The notes under the pieces were generated by a model. It was not told the DNA's origin. It did not search any database and was given only the letters and a program-made list of their open reading frames with translations. Both the position numbers and the translations under genes were made by a program. Below, in pieces: positions 1-11,870 of a stretch of 64,000 nt of DNA. Source of the DNA: Acidobacteria bacterium RBG_13_68_16 (GTDB lineage: Bacteria > Acidobacteriota > Thermoanaerobaculia > Thermoanaerobaculales > Thermoanaerobaculaceae); the NCBI GenBank assembly GCA_001766905.1, contig MEKI01000137.1, positions 30,319 to 94,318 of the forward strand, read 5' to 3'. Every line of letters begins with the position of its first letter. Position 1 is the first letter of the stretch.

Positions 1-27
1 CTCCCGGGCAAAAAGCGTGTCGGTCAT
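1..27 (-). CDS. 5' end of a gene running off the left edge (9 codons visible). The position after gyrB would suit gyrA, but this cannot be shown.
   Basis: ATG at 27..25 (MTDTLFARE...) lies 15 nt downstream of the gyrB stop and is preceded by purine-rich GAGAGAAG. Too short to identify. Confidence 0.3.
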
Positions 28-42
28 GGTCGGTCTTCTCTC

Positions 43-3554
<3,512 letters not shown>

Positions 3555-3558
3555 GCCG

Positions 3559-4668
3559 TCAGAGACGGATCGGCATGATGACGTACAGGCACTCCCCAGC
3601 CGCGGCGTCCTCGCCCAGGGGCGTGATGACGATAGGGCCGTCGGCGTCGCGGAGCTGCAGCTCCACCTCCTTGACATCGACGGCACCGAGGAAGTCGAGC
3701 AGATAGTTCGCGTTCACGAACACCTTCAACGACTGACCCGCGTAGCTGCAGGTCACCTCTTCCGCCGCCTGTCCGAGGTCGAACCCCACGGAGGCGAGCG
3801 CGATGGAGTCCTTGTCGAACTGCATCTGAATGCCGTGCGTCCGCTCGCTGGCGAGGAGCGCAACGCGCCGCAGGGCGGCTCCCAACTCCTGGCGCTGAAC
3901 CCGTGCGCGATGCGGGTTGTCGCGCACGAGCACCCGCTCGTACTGCGGAAACCGTGCCTCGAGAACGCGCGACAGCAGCACGCGGTCGCCAAGCCGGAAC
4001 GCGAGGTGGTTCTCCCCGCGGGCGACGTAAAGCGGTGTGTTGGCCTCGGCGCTGAGGTGACGCAGTTGGTTGAGAACCTTGCGGGGGAGCAGTTGGTGCT
4101 CGAAGGGCGGCGCTCCCGAACCGTGGGGTGCCTTCACCCAGGCGAGGCGGTGGCCGTCCGTCGCCACCATCTCGAGGAACTTCGCGGAGACGAGGAGCAG
4201 GGCGGCGTTGTACTGGAAGTGACCCTCCTCGCCGGAGACCGCGAACACCGAGCGATCAATCAGCCGACGCAACACCGCGAGATCAACTGCAAACCCCTGC
4301 CCATTCGGGACCTCGGGTAGGGTCGGAAAGTCGGCCGGATCGAGGCTCGCGAGCTGTGAGTTGAAGGCACCAGAGCGCACCTCGACACGCGCCTCCTTCC
4401 AGGAGAGGTCGAGGGTTTCCGCAGGAAGCGAGCGCACGAGATCGAAGAACACCTTGCCGTGGATGGTCGTACGCCCCTCTTTTCGCACCACCGCGGAGCA
4501 CTGGGTGTAGATCGTCACGTCGAGGTCGGTCGCGGCAAGGTGCAGGCGATCCCCTTCAGCCGTCAGGAGAATGTTCGAGAGGATCGGGATCGTGGTGCGG
4601 CGCTCGACGACCCCCTGGATCAGCTGGAGTTCCTCGAGCACGGTCGCGCGGTTGAGGGTGACGTCCAT
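3559..4668 (-). CDS. dnaN: DNA polymerase III beta sliding clamp
   Basis: 369 aa with the typical DnaN N-terminus (LQLIQGVVERRTTIPILSNILL) and three-domain length, sitting between dnaA and recF. Confidence 0.97.
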   Translation of the reverse strand: MDVTLNRATVLEELQLIQGVVERRTTIPILSNILLTAEGDRLHLAATDLDVTIYTQCSAVVRKEGRTTIHGKVFFDLVRSLPAETLDLSWKEARVEVRSGAFNSQLASLDPADFPTLPEVPNGQGFAVDLAVLRRLIDRSVFAVSGEEGHFQYNAALLLVSAKFLEMVATDGHRLAWVKAPHGSGAPPFEHQLLPRKVLNQLRHLSAEANTPLYVARGENHLAFRLGDRVLLSRVLEARFPQYERVLVRDNPHRARVQRQELGAALRRVALLASERTHGIQMQFDKDSIALASVGFDLGQAAEEVTCSYAGQSLKVFVNANYLLDFLGAVDVKEVELQLRDADGPIVITPLGEDAAAGECLYVIMPIRL

Positions 4669-4871
4669 TTGCTGGTCTCCCGGCTACTCCTACGAAGCAG
4701 AAGGATTGTACAGACTTTCGCCGTAGTCGTCGAGGGTGTGGAGGACCGATGTCGGTGCGGGAGGGGCCTGCTCCTGCACGGTTTGAGTGGGCGGGGCCTG
4801 TGGATAAGCGGGTGTGGATGGAGTGCGGAAAAAACAGACGGGTTCCCGACGGGACTGCGCTTTTCCGCAGG
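4669..4871. other. dnaA-dnaN spacer with a DnaA-box cluster; candidate oriC or part of it
   Basis: Perfect consensus box TGTGGATAA (TTATCCACA on the minus strand) at 4799..4807. A second box TGTGGATGG at 4813..4821 lies 5 nt away. A weaker TGTGGAGGA is at 4737..4745. Locally A/T-richer stretches occur around 4700-4720 and 4825-4835. Confidence 0.5.
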
Positions 4872-6155
4872 CTACCGAAAGTGTTCAATGAACGTGGTGA
4901 GGGTGGCGTCCAGAGACGGGTTGGAGCGGCGCTCCTCGGTGATCGTCTCCACTGAGTACATGACGGTCGAGTGGTGTTTGGCGAAGAGCTTTCCGATCTC
5001 GGGGTAGGAGACGCTGAGGATCTCTCGGATGAGGTAGATCGCCACCTGGCGAGGGAACGCGACGGATCGCCGGTTGTCGCGGCCCTTCAGGTCGGCGACC
5101 TTCACGCCATAGTGGTGGGCGACGAAACGGATGATGTCGGCCGGCGTGGCGTGGCGCTCCTCGGGAAGCAACGGCGTGAGCGCGTTTCGGACGGTTTCCA
5201 GCGTTGCGGGTTGCCCGGTGAGCGTGCAGTAAACGATCACCCGGTTGAGATACCCCTCCAACTCCCGCACGTTCTCGCGCACGCGGCGCGCGATGAAGAG
5301 AACAACATCGTCAGCGAGGTCAACGCCCTCCGTGTGGGACTTCTCGCGTATGATCGCGCACTTGGTTTCCAGGTCAGGGGGCTGGATGTCGGCAACCAGG
5401 CCCCACACGAAGCGAGTGCGCAGGCGCTCCTCGAGGCCTTGGATCGCAGCCGGTGAGGTGTCGGAGGTGAGCACGATCTGGTGCCCGGCCTCGTGAAGGG
5501 CGTTGAAGGTGTGGAAGAACTCTTCCTGGGTTCGCTCCTTGCCGGCCAGGATGTGAACATCGTCGAGGAGCAGCATGTGGATCGAGCGGTACGCCTCGCG
5601 AAACGCCGCCATTCGCTGCAACCGGATCGAGTTGATGAGCTCGTTGACGAAGTTCTCCGTGGGAACGTAGCGGACCCGGCTGCGCGGGTTGCGCGCGAGG
5701 ATCTCGTTTCCAATGGCGTGCAGGAGGTGGGTCTTGCCGAGACCGGAGCCGCCGTAAAGGAAGAGGGGGTTGTAGGCGCGACCGGGATTCTCGGCGACCG
5801 ACTGAGCCGCCGCGCGCGCGAACTGGTTGGACGGGCCGGGCACGAACGCGGCAAACGTGTAGCGGGGGTTCAGCGGGGCGCCGCGGTGCGTTGGGGGAGG
5901 CGCCTGCAGGGTGTCGCCCGCGATGTCGAGGGTCACCGCCACCGCGTGGCCGGCGGCTTGGGCCGCACAGTCCTGGAGGACGGGGAGGTAGTGATCGCGG
6001 ATGTAATCGGCATAGACCCGGGATGGTGCCACGAGGGTGAGTCGGTCGGCGACAGAGCGCGCGCCGAGGGGGGCGAACCACACCTCGAAGTCGTCAGCTG
6101 AGATCCGAGATCGCAGGATGTTCTTGACACCGGACCAGAGGTCAGTTGAAGGCAT
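4872..6155 (-). CDS. dnaA: Chromosomal replication initiator DnaA
   Basis: 427 aa with the AAA+ Walker A GGSGLGKTHLLHAIG and a C-terminal DnaA-box binding domain (AFPRQVAIYLIREIL...KHHSTVMYS). Confidence 0.97.
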   Translation of the reverse strand: MPSTDLWSGVKNILRSRISADDFEVWFAPLGARSVADRLTLVAPSRVYADYIRDHYLPVLQDCAAQAAGHAVAVTLDIAGDTLQAPPPTHRGAPLNPRYTFAAFVPGPSNQFARAAAQSVAENPGRAYNPLFLYGGSGLGKTHLLHAIGNEILARNPRSRVRYVPTENFVNELINSIRLQRMAAFREAYRSIHMLLLDDVHILAGKERTQEEFFHTFNALHEAGHQIVLTSDTSPAAIQGLEERLRTRFVWGLVADIQPPDLETKCAIIREKSHTEGVDLADDVVLFIARRVRENVRELEGYLNRVIVYCTLTGQPATLETVRNALTPLLPEERHATPADIIRFVAHHYGVKVADLKGRDNRRSVAFPRQVAIYLIREILSVSYPEIGKLFAKHHSTVMYSVETITEERRSNPSLDATLTTFIEHFR

Positions 6156-6201
6156 GTTTCACGGTCCCCGACGGGCCCGGGGAGCTTAACACAGGGCGTT
6201 C

Positions 6202-6230
6202 TTGACCGGGAGCGGCCGGCGACGTACACT
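6202..6230 (+). promoter_or_regulatory. Candidate sigma70-type promoter for rpmH-rnpA-yidD-yidC
   Basis: TTGACC (6202..6207), a 17-nt spacer, then TACACT (6225..6230), about 50 nt upstream of the rpmH ATG. Hexamer match only. Confidence 0.3.
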
Positions 6231-6278
6231 CCTTTTTCCCCGTACCCAGACGGTCGGGGGCAGTGAGGGGCGTGAAAG

Positions 6279-6413
6279 ATGAAGCGAACTTTCCAGCCGA
6301 ACAACCGGCGGCGGAAAAAGACCCACGGCTTCCGGGCGAGGATGAGCACACCCATGGGACGCCGGGTGCTCGCCGCGCGCCGGCGCAAGGGGCGCAAGCG
6401 CCTGACCGTTTGA
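6279..6413 (+). CDS. rpmH: 50S ribosomal protein L34
   Basis: Not in the ORF track (44 aa). Read directly: [44 protein letters not shown], the canonical L34 sequence, immediately upstream of rnpA. Confidence 0.95.
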   Translation: MKRTFQPNNRRRKKTHGFRARMSTPMGRRVLAARRRKGRKRLTV

Positions 6414-6429
6414 GCCACGCGGGGGCGAT

Positions 6430-6774
6430 CTGGACAGGCTGCTACGACGCGCGGAGTTTCAGCGTGTCTACGCCGATGGCGTCAAGGTGGTGGGACGGTA
6501 CGTGGTGGTGTTCGCGCGCGCAGGGGATGGTGAAGTGTGCCGCCTGGGCATCACCGCGAGTCGAAAGACCGGCGGCGCGGTCGTGCGCAATCGGGCGCGC
6601 CGACGCGTTCGGGAGCTCTTCCGTGCCCACCGCGAACTGCTCTCGGGGTGGCGCGGGGACCTGGTTGTCAACGTGCGCCAGGGGTGCGCTGGGGCCGCAT
6701 GGGACGAGCTGGTGGAGGACTTCGCGCGGTGCCTGACCAAGCTCCGGCGGGGAGCGCACCCGCCCGCGTCCTGA
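6430..6774 (+). CDS. rnpA: Ribonuclease P protein component
   Basis: The track ORF (GTG 6487) lacks the conserved N-terminal RLRRxxEFxxVY block. That block ([20 protein letters not shown]) is encoded in frame upstream with no ATG/GTG/TTG. I therefore provisionally place the start at CTG 6430 (or 6439). The stop overlaps the yidD ATG (TGATG). Confidence 0.8.
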   Translation: MDRLLRRAEFQRVYADGVKVVGRYVVVFARAGDGEVCRLGITASRKTGGAVVRNRARRRVRELFRAHRELLSGWRGDLVVNVRQGCAGAAWDELVEDFARCLTKLRRGAHPPAS

Positions 6775-6986
6775 TGGCCACGCTCTCCGCCTACAAGCGG
6801 TGGGTCTCACCTCTGCTTCCACCGGCCTGCCGCTTCCAGCCGACCTGTTCGGAGTACATGCGGGACGCGATCGGAGAACACGGGCTGCCGCGCGGGGTGT
6901 GGCTGGGGGCGCGCCGTCTGGCACGCTGCCACCCGTGGAACCCGGGAGGGTACGATCCGGTGCCGCCGCGCAGAGGGGGACGGTAG
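6774..6986 (+). CDS. yidD: Membrane protein insertion efficiency factor YidD
   Basis: 70 aa: [33 protein letters not shown]...[13 protein letters not shown], the YidD signature, between rnpA and yidC. Confidence 0.9.
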   Translation: MATLSAYKRWVSPLLPPACRFQPTCSEYMRDAIGEHGLPRGVWLGARRLARCHPWNPGGYDPVPPRRGGR

Positions 6987-8657
6987 ATGGAACGACGAGT
7001 GTTGCTCGCGGCGGTGCTGTCGGGCGTGGTCATCATCCTCTGGTTCTCGCTGTTCGCGCCGCAACGTCCGCCCGCGGGACCGGCCGCACCCCCACCCGCG
7101 GTGGGTTCCACGCCGGTGAGCCAGCCCGGTGCTCCGCCTGTACCCGCTGCAACCCCACACCCGCAGGTGCCTGTGCTCCCGGCGGTCGTCGGGCAGGACG
7201 CCGGCGAGATCGCCCTCGAAGGTGAGGGCTGGCACGGTCTGGTGAACCCGAAAGGGGGCGTGCTGACCTCGCTGATCCTCTCCGAGTACAAGGACGATGC
7301 GGGAGCGCCGCTCGAGCTGGTCCAACCGGGGGTTCCAGCGCCGCTCTCATTGGGGGTCCCGGGCCCATGGAACGACGAGCTCTACCAGGTCGAGAGGGGG
7401 AGCGGGTGGCTCGGCCTGCGGTGGAGCGATGGCAAGGGGAACTGGGTGGAGAAGAGGGTGAGCGCCGGGAAGGGGAAGTACGCGCTCGAGGTCGAAGTGC
7501 GCGGCGGGGGCGAGCCGGCGAGCGTCGGGGTGGTGGTGGCGACGGGTCTCCAAAAGGGGCTCAAGTCCGAAGAGCAGGGACGGTTCGGTGGTTTAGGGGC
7601 GGTGGTGAGGGTCGGGGGGAAAGTGGAGCGCGTGAGCGCCGCCAAGCTCGACGCCCCACAACCCGTGCGGGGCGCAATCGACTTCGCGGGCGTTGAGGAC
7701 CAGTACTTCCTGGTGGTCCTGCTGCCGTCGAGCGGGTTGGAGGGGGTCCGGATCGAAGGGGTGCAGGCCAGGGACCCCGGAGTCGGGCGGGACGCGACGC
7801 TGCCCGGTGCTGGGAGCGCCGACGCGACCCGATCGGATGCGACCCCCGCACCAGCGGCGAAGGCCAAGCCGCCGGCGAGGCTGCCGCAGGTGGTGGCCGT
7901 GGGATCGGGAGGCGTGGTGCGTGGGACGCTCTACGCCGGGGCCAAGGAGCGGGGCACCCTGGTGGGGTACGGGCGGGGGCTGGAGGAGACGCTCTCGTTC
8001 GGCATTTTCGGTTTCCTGTCGGTCGGGTTCCTGGCCGCGCTGCGCTGGATCCACTCCTGGGTGGCCAACTGGGGCGTCGCGATCATCGTCCTGACCGCGG
8101 GGATCCGGTTGCTGCTGTTCCCGCTGAACCACAAGAGCGCGGTGCAGATGAAGCGGATGCAGGCGCTGCAGCCCAAAATGAAGGCGATCCAGGACCGCTA
8201 CAAGGAACGGGCCAAGAAGGACTCAACCGTGCGGGCGCGCATGAACCAGGAGGTAATGGCGCTCTACAAGCAGGAGGGAGTCAACCCGATGGGCGGGTGC
8301 CTGCCGATGCTGGTGCAGCTTCCGATCCTGTGGGCGCTGTACACGCTGTTCGCCTACGCGATCGAGCTCCGTCAAGCCCCGTTCATGTTCTGGATCAAGG
8401 ACCTTGCCGCCAAGGACCCGACCTACATCACGCCCATCCTGATGACGGCGAGCATGGTGCTGCAGCAGCGCATGGCGCCCCAAATGGGGGACCCGGCGCA
8501 GCGGCGGATGTTCATGTTGATGCCGTTCATCTTCGGCTTCATGTTCATGAGCTTCCCATCCGGCCTGGTGCTCTACTGGCTGGTCAACAACCTCTTCACG
8601 ATCGGCCAGCAGGTTCTGACCGAGAAGATGATGACGGGAGCCGAGCCCGCGAAGTGA
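6987..8657 (+). CDS. yidC: Membrane protein insertase YidC
   Basis: 556 aa with an N-terminal TM helix, a large periplasmic domain and a C-terminal 60 kDa-IMP core (NPMGGCLPMLVQLPILWALY...LVLYWLVNNLFTIGQQ). Confidence 0.95.
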   Translation: MERRVLLAAVLSGVVIILWFSLFAPQRPPAGPAAPPPAVGSTPVSQPGAPPVPAATPHPQVPVLPAVVGQDAGEIALEGEGWHGLVNPKGGVLTSLILSEYKDDAGAPLELVQPGVPAPLSLGVPGPWNDELYQVERGSGWLGLRWSDGKGNWVEKRVSAGKGKYALEVEVRGGGEPASVGVVVATGLQKGLKSEEQGRFGGLGAVVRVGGKVERVSAAKLDAPQPVRGAIDFAGVEDQYFLVVLLPSSGLEGVRIEGVQARDPGVGRDATLPGAGSADATRSDATPAPAAKAKPPARLPQVVAVGSGGVVRGTLYAGAKERGTLVGYGRGLEETLSFGIFGFLSVGFLAALRWIHSWVANWGVAIIVLTAGIRLLLFPLNHKSAVQMKRMQALQPKMKAIQDRYKERAKKDSTVRARMNQEVMALYKQEGVNPMGGCLPMLVQLPILWALYTLFAYAIELRQAPFMFWIKDLAAKDPTYITPILMTASMVLQQRMAPQMGDPAQRRMFMLMPFIFGFMFMSFPSGLVLYWLVNNLFTIGQQVLTEKMMTGAEPAK

Positions 8658-9274
8658 CGGCGTGGCGAGGTCGCGGGCGGGAAGCGTGGGCCGAGCGGCT
8701 CCGGGTGGCCGACGTGGAGCCCGAGCTCGCGGGCGCGCTCGGCGGCTACCTCGAGCTGCTGGGCCGCTGGGGTTCTGCGGTGGATCTCCTCGGTGACGTC
8801 GATGAGAACGAGCTCGTGACCGGGCACGTCCTCGAGTCGCTGGCGGCACTTCCCTGGGTGGGCTCGCCCGGCACGCTGCTGGACGTGGGGAGCGGGAACG
8901 GGTTCCCGGCGGTGCCGCTGCTGCTCGCGCGGCCCGGAGTGCGCGGGGTGCTGCTGGAGCCCCGGGAGCGGCGGTGGGCGTTCCTGCGCGAGGTCGTCCG
9001 GGAGCTCGGGCTGCCGGCTGAGGTAGTGCGGGAGCACGCGGGCGAGCATCGAGGTGCCGATTACACGGTGGCCACGGTGCGAGGGGTCGAGGCCGGCGCC
9101 TGGCTCCCCCACGCGGGGCGTCTCCTGCATGCGAATGGCACCTGGCTGTGGTGGACCAGCGCAGCCAACGCCGCGGAGCTGGGGCAGAAGGTGCCGGAGG
9201 GGCGTGTGTTAACCTTCGCGCTGCCGGATCCATCGCGAGGCAGCCTCGCGGTTTGGCGTCGATGTTCCACGTGA
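8654..9274 (+). CDS. rsmG: 16S rRNA (guanine527-N7)-methyltransferase RsmG (GidB)
   Basis: SAM motif LLDVGSGNGFPAVPLLLA and the conserved position after yidC. Start revised to GTG 8654, overlapping the yidC stop (GTGA). Confidence 0.88.
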   Translation: MTAWRGRGREAWAERLRVADVEPELAGALGGYLELLGRWGSAVDLLGDVDENELVTGHVLESLAALPWVGSPGTLLDVGSGNGFPAVPLLLARPGVRGVLLEPRERRWAFLREVVRELGLPAEVVREHAGEHRGADYTVATVRGVEAGAWLPHAGRLLHANGTWLWWTSAANAAELGQKVPEGRVLTFALPDPSRGSLAVWRRCST

Positions 9275-9278
9275 AACA
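9263..9278. other. parS centromere-like site
   Basis: TGTTCCACGTGAAACA matches 15 of 16 positions of the palindromic consensus TGTTTCACGTGAAACA. It overlaps the rsmG stop codon and lies 13 nt upstream of the parA start. Confidence 0.85.
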
Positions 9279-9290
9279 CCGGGGGAAGTT

Positions 9291-10079
9291 GTGAAACGTC
9301 AGCGAGTTGTGGCGGTCGCGAACCAAAAGGGCGGGGTCGGCAAGACCACCACGGTGATGAACCTGGGCGCGGCGCTGGCAGCCTGTGAGGAGAGCGTGCT
9401 TGCCCTCGACCTCGACCCCCAGTCGAACTGCACCTCCGGCCTGGGGTGGGAGGGAAACGGCGTCACCTCCTACGAGGTTCTCGAGGGTCTGGTACCGCTG
9501 CGCGACGCCACGGTGAGCACGCGCTTTCCGGGCCTCGACCTGCTCCCCTCCAAGCGCGACCTCGTGGGGGCCGAGGTCGAACTGCTCGCCGATCCGAAGC
9601 GGGGGGAGCGGCTTCGCCAGGCGTTCTCGAACTCTCCCACCGATCACCGGTGGGTTCTGATCGACTGCCCGCCATCGCTCGGCATCCTCACACTGAACGC
9701 GCTGGCCGCCGCCGATGCGGTGCTGATCCCGATCCAGTGCGAGTATTTCGCCCTCGAAGGGGTGAGTGAGCTGATGCGCACCCTCGAGAGGGTGCGCGCG
9801 GCGTGGAACCCGACCCTCGCGGTGGACGGGGCGGTGTTGACCCTCTACGACGAGCGGGTGACCCTCTCGCACCAGGTGGTGTCCGAGGTTCGGCGGTTTT
9901 TCGGGGATCTGACCTTCCACACGGTGATCCCCCGCAACGTGCGCCTGGCCGAGGCGCCATCGTTCGGGCGCACGATCCTGGAGTACGACATCCGTTGCCG
10001 TGGTGCCCAGGCGTACCTGGGCCTGGCGCACGAGCTGGTGCAGCGGCGGAGGGCCAATGAAGCGGTCCGCGTTGGGTAA
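9291..10079 (+). CDS. parA: Chromosome partitioning ATPase ParA (Soj)
   Basis: 262 aa with the deviant Walker A NQKGGVGKTTT and a typical Soj-like sequence throughout. GTG start. Confidence 0.95.
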   Translation: MKRQRVVAVANQKGGVGKTTTVMNLGAALAACEESVLALDLDPQSNCTSGLGWEGNGVTSYEVLEGLVPLRDATVSTRFPGLDLLPSKRDLVGAEVELLADPKRGERLRQAFSNSPTDHRWVLIDCPPSLGILTLNALAAADAVLIPIQCEYFALEGVSELMRTLERVRAAWNPTLAVDGAVLTLYDERVTLSHQVVSEVRRFFGDLTFHTVIPRNVRLAEAPSFGRTILEYDIRCRGAQAYLGLAHELVQRRRANEAVRVG

Positions 10080-10896
10080 GGGCATCGCCGCGCTGATCCC
10101 CGAGGCGCCTTCGCTGAAAACCACCGGCGTGGCGGATCTGCCCGTGGCCGAGATCCACCCCAACCCCCTGCAGCCCCGACGCCAGTTCTCCGCCGCGAGC
10201 CTGGAGGAGCTGGCCGACTCGCTCAAGCAGCACGGGCTGCTTCAACCGGTGGTGGTGAGCCGCGGATCCACCGGGGGGTATGAGCTGATCGCCGGGGAGC
10301 GCCGGTGGCGTGCGGCGCGCCTGGCCGGTCTCGAGCGCATCCCGGCGGTGCTGCGGGAGCCGGAAGGGGACGCCGACCAGCTGGCACTGGCGTTGATCGA
10401 GAACCTCCAGCGCGAGGACCTGACCCCGATCGAGGAGGCGCGCGCCTACCACCACCTGCGCTCGGAGCTGGGTCTGTCCCAGGAGGAGATCGCCCGGCGA
10501 GTCGGGAAGGAGCGCTCCACGGTGGCCAACGCCCTGCGCCTGCTGCAGCTGCCGATGGCGGTCCAGGAGCTGGTTGACGGCGGGGAGCTCTCCGCCGGGC
10601 ACGCCCGTGCGCTCGCCGGTGTCGGTGAGGCCGAGCGGCAGGTGGGCCTGGCCGGGCGCTGCGTGCGCGAGGGGTGGAGCGTGCGGGATCTCGAGCGGCA
10701 CCTGCAGCCCCGCCCGGCCCGGCGGCGCCGGGCCGTGGACCCGGAAACTCAGGAAGCGGCCGATCGTCTCTCGCTGGCGCTTGGCGTTCGGGTTGAGATT
10801 CACCGCCGGCGCCGCGGCGGCGAGATCCGTCTGCGCTTTGCGAGCGAGGACGATCTCATCCGGCTGTTTCGGCAGTTGACGCGGGAGAGACGATGA
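10057..10896 (+). CDS. parB: Chromosome partitioning protein ParB (Spo0J)
   Basis: MKRSALGKGIAALIP start, ParB box GERRWRAARLAG, LIENLQREDLTPIEEA, and an HTH (EEIARRVGKERSTVANALRLL). Start revised to ATG 10057. Confidence 0.95.
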   Translation: MKRSALGKGIAALIPEAPSLKTTGVADLPVAEIHPNPLQPRRQFSAASLEELADSLKQHGLLQPVVVSRGSTGGYELIAGERRWRAARLAGLERIPAVLREPEGDADQLALALIENLQREDLTPIEEARAYHHLRSELGLSQEEIARRVGKERSTVANALRLLQLPMAVQELVDGGELSAGHARALAGVGEAERQVGLAGRCVREGWSVRDLERHLQPRPARRRRAVDPETQEAADRLSLALGVRVEIHRRRRGGEIRLRFASEDDLIRLFRQLTRERR

Positions 10897-11252
10897 AGAA
10901 GAGCCACGGAACGCTCAATGGGTTTCTGGACCAGGGGTGCAGCATCAAGGGTGAGGTTGTGTTCTCCGACCTCTTGCGGGTCCACGGACACCTCGCCGGA
11001 ACGGTCTCGAGCGAGCACGAGCTGCTGGTGGGCGAGGGTGGGGTTGTAGAGGGGGAGATCGCGGTGGGGCGGCTGGTGGTGGCGGGCACGGTCCGGGGGA
11101 CGGTGCGAGCCAAGGAGCGCGTCGTGATCCACGGGACCGGGCAGGTGTTTGCTGAGATTTTCGCTCCCACGCTCGTCGTCGCCGAGGGCGGTGTGGTGGA
11201 GGGACCGGTCCACATGACGCGACCGGACAAGGCCGAAGCGGCAGCCTCTTGA
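10893..11252 (+). CDS. Bactofilin-family cytoskeletal protein
   Basis: 119 aa made of repetitive beta-helix-type segments (G.V.G.I....L.V.G.V.G.V), typical of the bactofilin/DUF583 domain. Its ATG overlaps the parB stop (ATGA). Confidence 0.8.
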   Translation: MKKSHGTLNGFLDQGCSIKGEVVFSDLLRVHGHLAGTVSSEHELLVGEGGVVEGEIAVGRLVVAGTVRGTVRAKERVVIHGTGQVFAEIFAPTLVVAEGGVVEGPVHMTRPDKAEAAAS

Positions 11253-11277
11253 CACCGGACTCAGAACCGTTTAGCGT
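11249..11277 (+). promoter_or_regulatory. Candidate sigma70-type promoter upstream of fur
   Basis: TTGACA (11249..11254), a 17-nt spacer, then TAGCGT (11272..11277). Hexamer match only. Confidence 0.3.
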
Positions 11278-11317
11278 TGCCCCCTGGTGATATTGAGACG
11301 CGCATCCGGAGGCGACG

Positions 11318-11752
11318 ATGAAGCGTGCCGAGAAGTTCTTCGTCCAATACCTGCGTGACAACAACCTCAAGGTGACGAAGGAGCGTCTCATGCTCCTCGA
11401 GGAGTTGTTCAACTCGACGGGGCACCTGGATGCCGACTCACTCCTGTTCCAGCTCCGCAATCAGGGCAAGAGGGTCTCCCGCGCCACGATCTACCGCACC
11501 TTGGACCTGCTGGTGCAGTGTGGGCTCGCGCGCAAGTCCCGCCTCGGGCGCGAGCATTACGTCTACGAGCGGGTCACCCCGGGCAAGCGTCACGACCACA
11601 TGGTGTGCACAGGGTGCGGCAGGATCATCGAGTTCTACGACTCCGACCTGGACGAGCGCCAGCGGCAGGTCTGCCTGGAGCACAACTTCCGACCGAGCTT
11701 CTACAGCCTCCAGATTCAGGGGCTGTGCGCGGAGTGCCAGCGCAACGAGTGA
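11318..11752 (+). CDS. fur: Fur-family metalloregulator
   Basis: 144 aa with a winged-helix N-terminal domain, HDHMVCTGCG and a C-terminal CAEC (structural Zn CxxC pairs). Subfamily (Fur, Zur or PerR) cannot be decided by eye. Confidence 0.88.
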   Translation: MKRAEKFFVQYLRDNNLKVTKERLMLLEELFNSTGHLDADSLLFQLRNQGKRVSRATIYRTLDLLVQCGLARKSRLGREHYVYERVTPGKRHDHMVCTGCGRIIEFYDSDLDERQRQVCLEHNFRPSFYSLQIQGLCAECQRNE

Positions 11753-11786
11753 TGCCATCCCGCCGAAGTGACGGTGCCTCCTGAGC

Positions 11787-11804
11787 TGTTAAGTATACTT
11801 GACA
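11787..11804. promoter_or_regulatory. 18-bp near-perfect palindrome overlapping a TTGACA -35-like hexamer upstream of feoB; candidate metalloregulator operator
   Basis: TGTTAAGTATACTTGACA has 8 of 9 symmetric pairs and a perfect palindromic core AAGTATACTT (11791..11800). It is a conspicuously A/T-rich spot in an otherwise GC-rich region, 67 nt upstream of the feoB ATG. Confidence 0.4.
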
Positions 11805-11870
11805 ACCTGCCGTCGCGGCCCCACACTGGGTGTGACGCCGAGTCCGTTGCCTGGACCCGCATCCACAGAT

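Noticed and set aside
6155-6170. parS-like half-site TGTTTCACG at the dnaA start codon, and a similar one TGTTTCACGT at 12673..12682 inside feoB
   Set aside because: Only one half of the 16-bp palindrome matches. The second half is unrelated, so these are unlikely to be functional ParB sites.
8223-10226. 667-aa ORF on the minus strand, antisense to rsmG and parA
   Set aside because: Its translation is Arg/Pro/Gly/Ala-rich and low-complexity, typical of shadow frames in GC-rich DNA. The plus strand here encodes unmistakable RsmG and ParA.
11859-11867. DnaA-box-like GCATCCACA upstream of feoB
   Set aside because: A 7 of 9 match, isolated and far from the origin-proximal spacer. Most likely chance.
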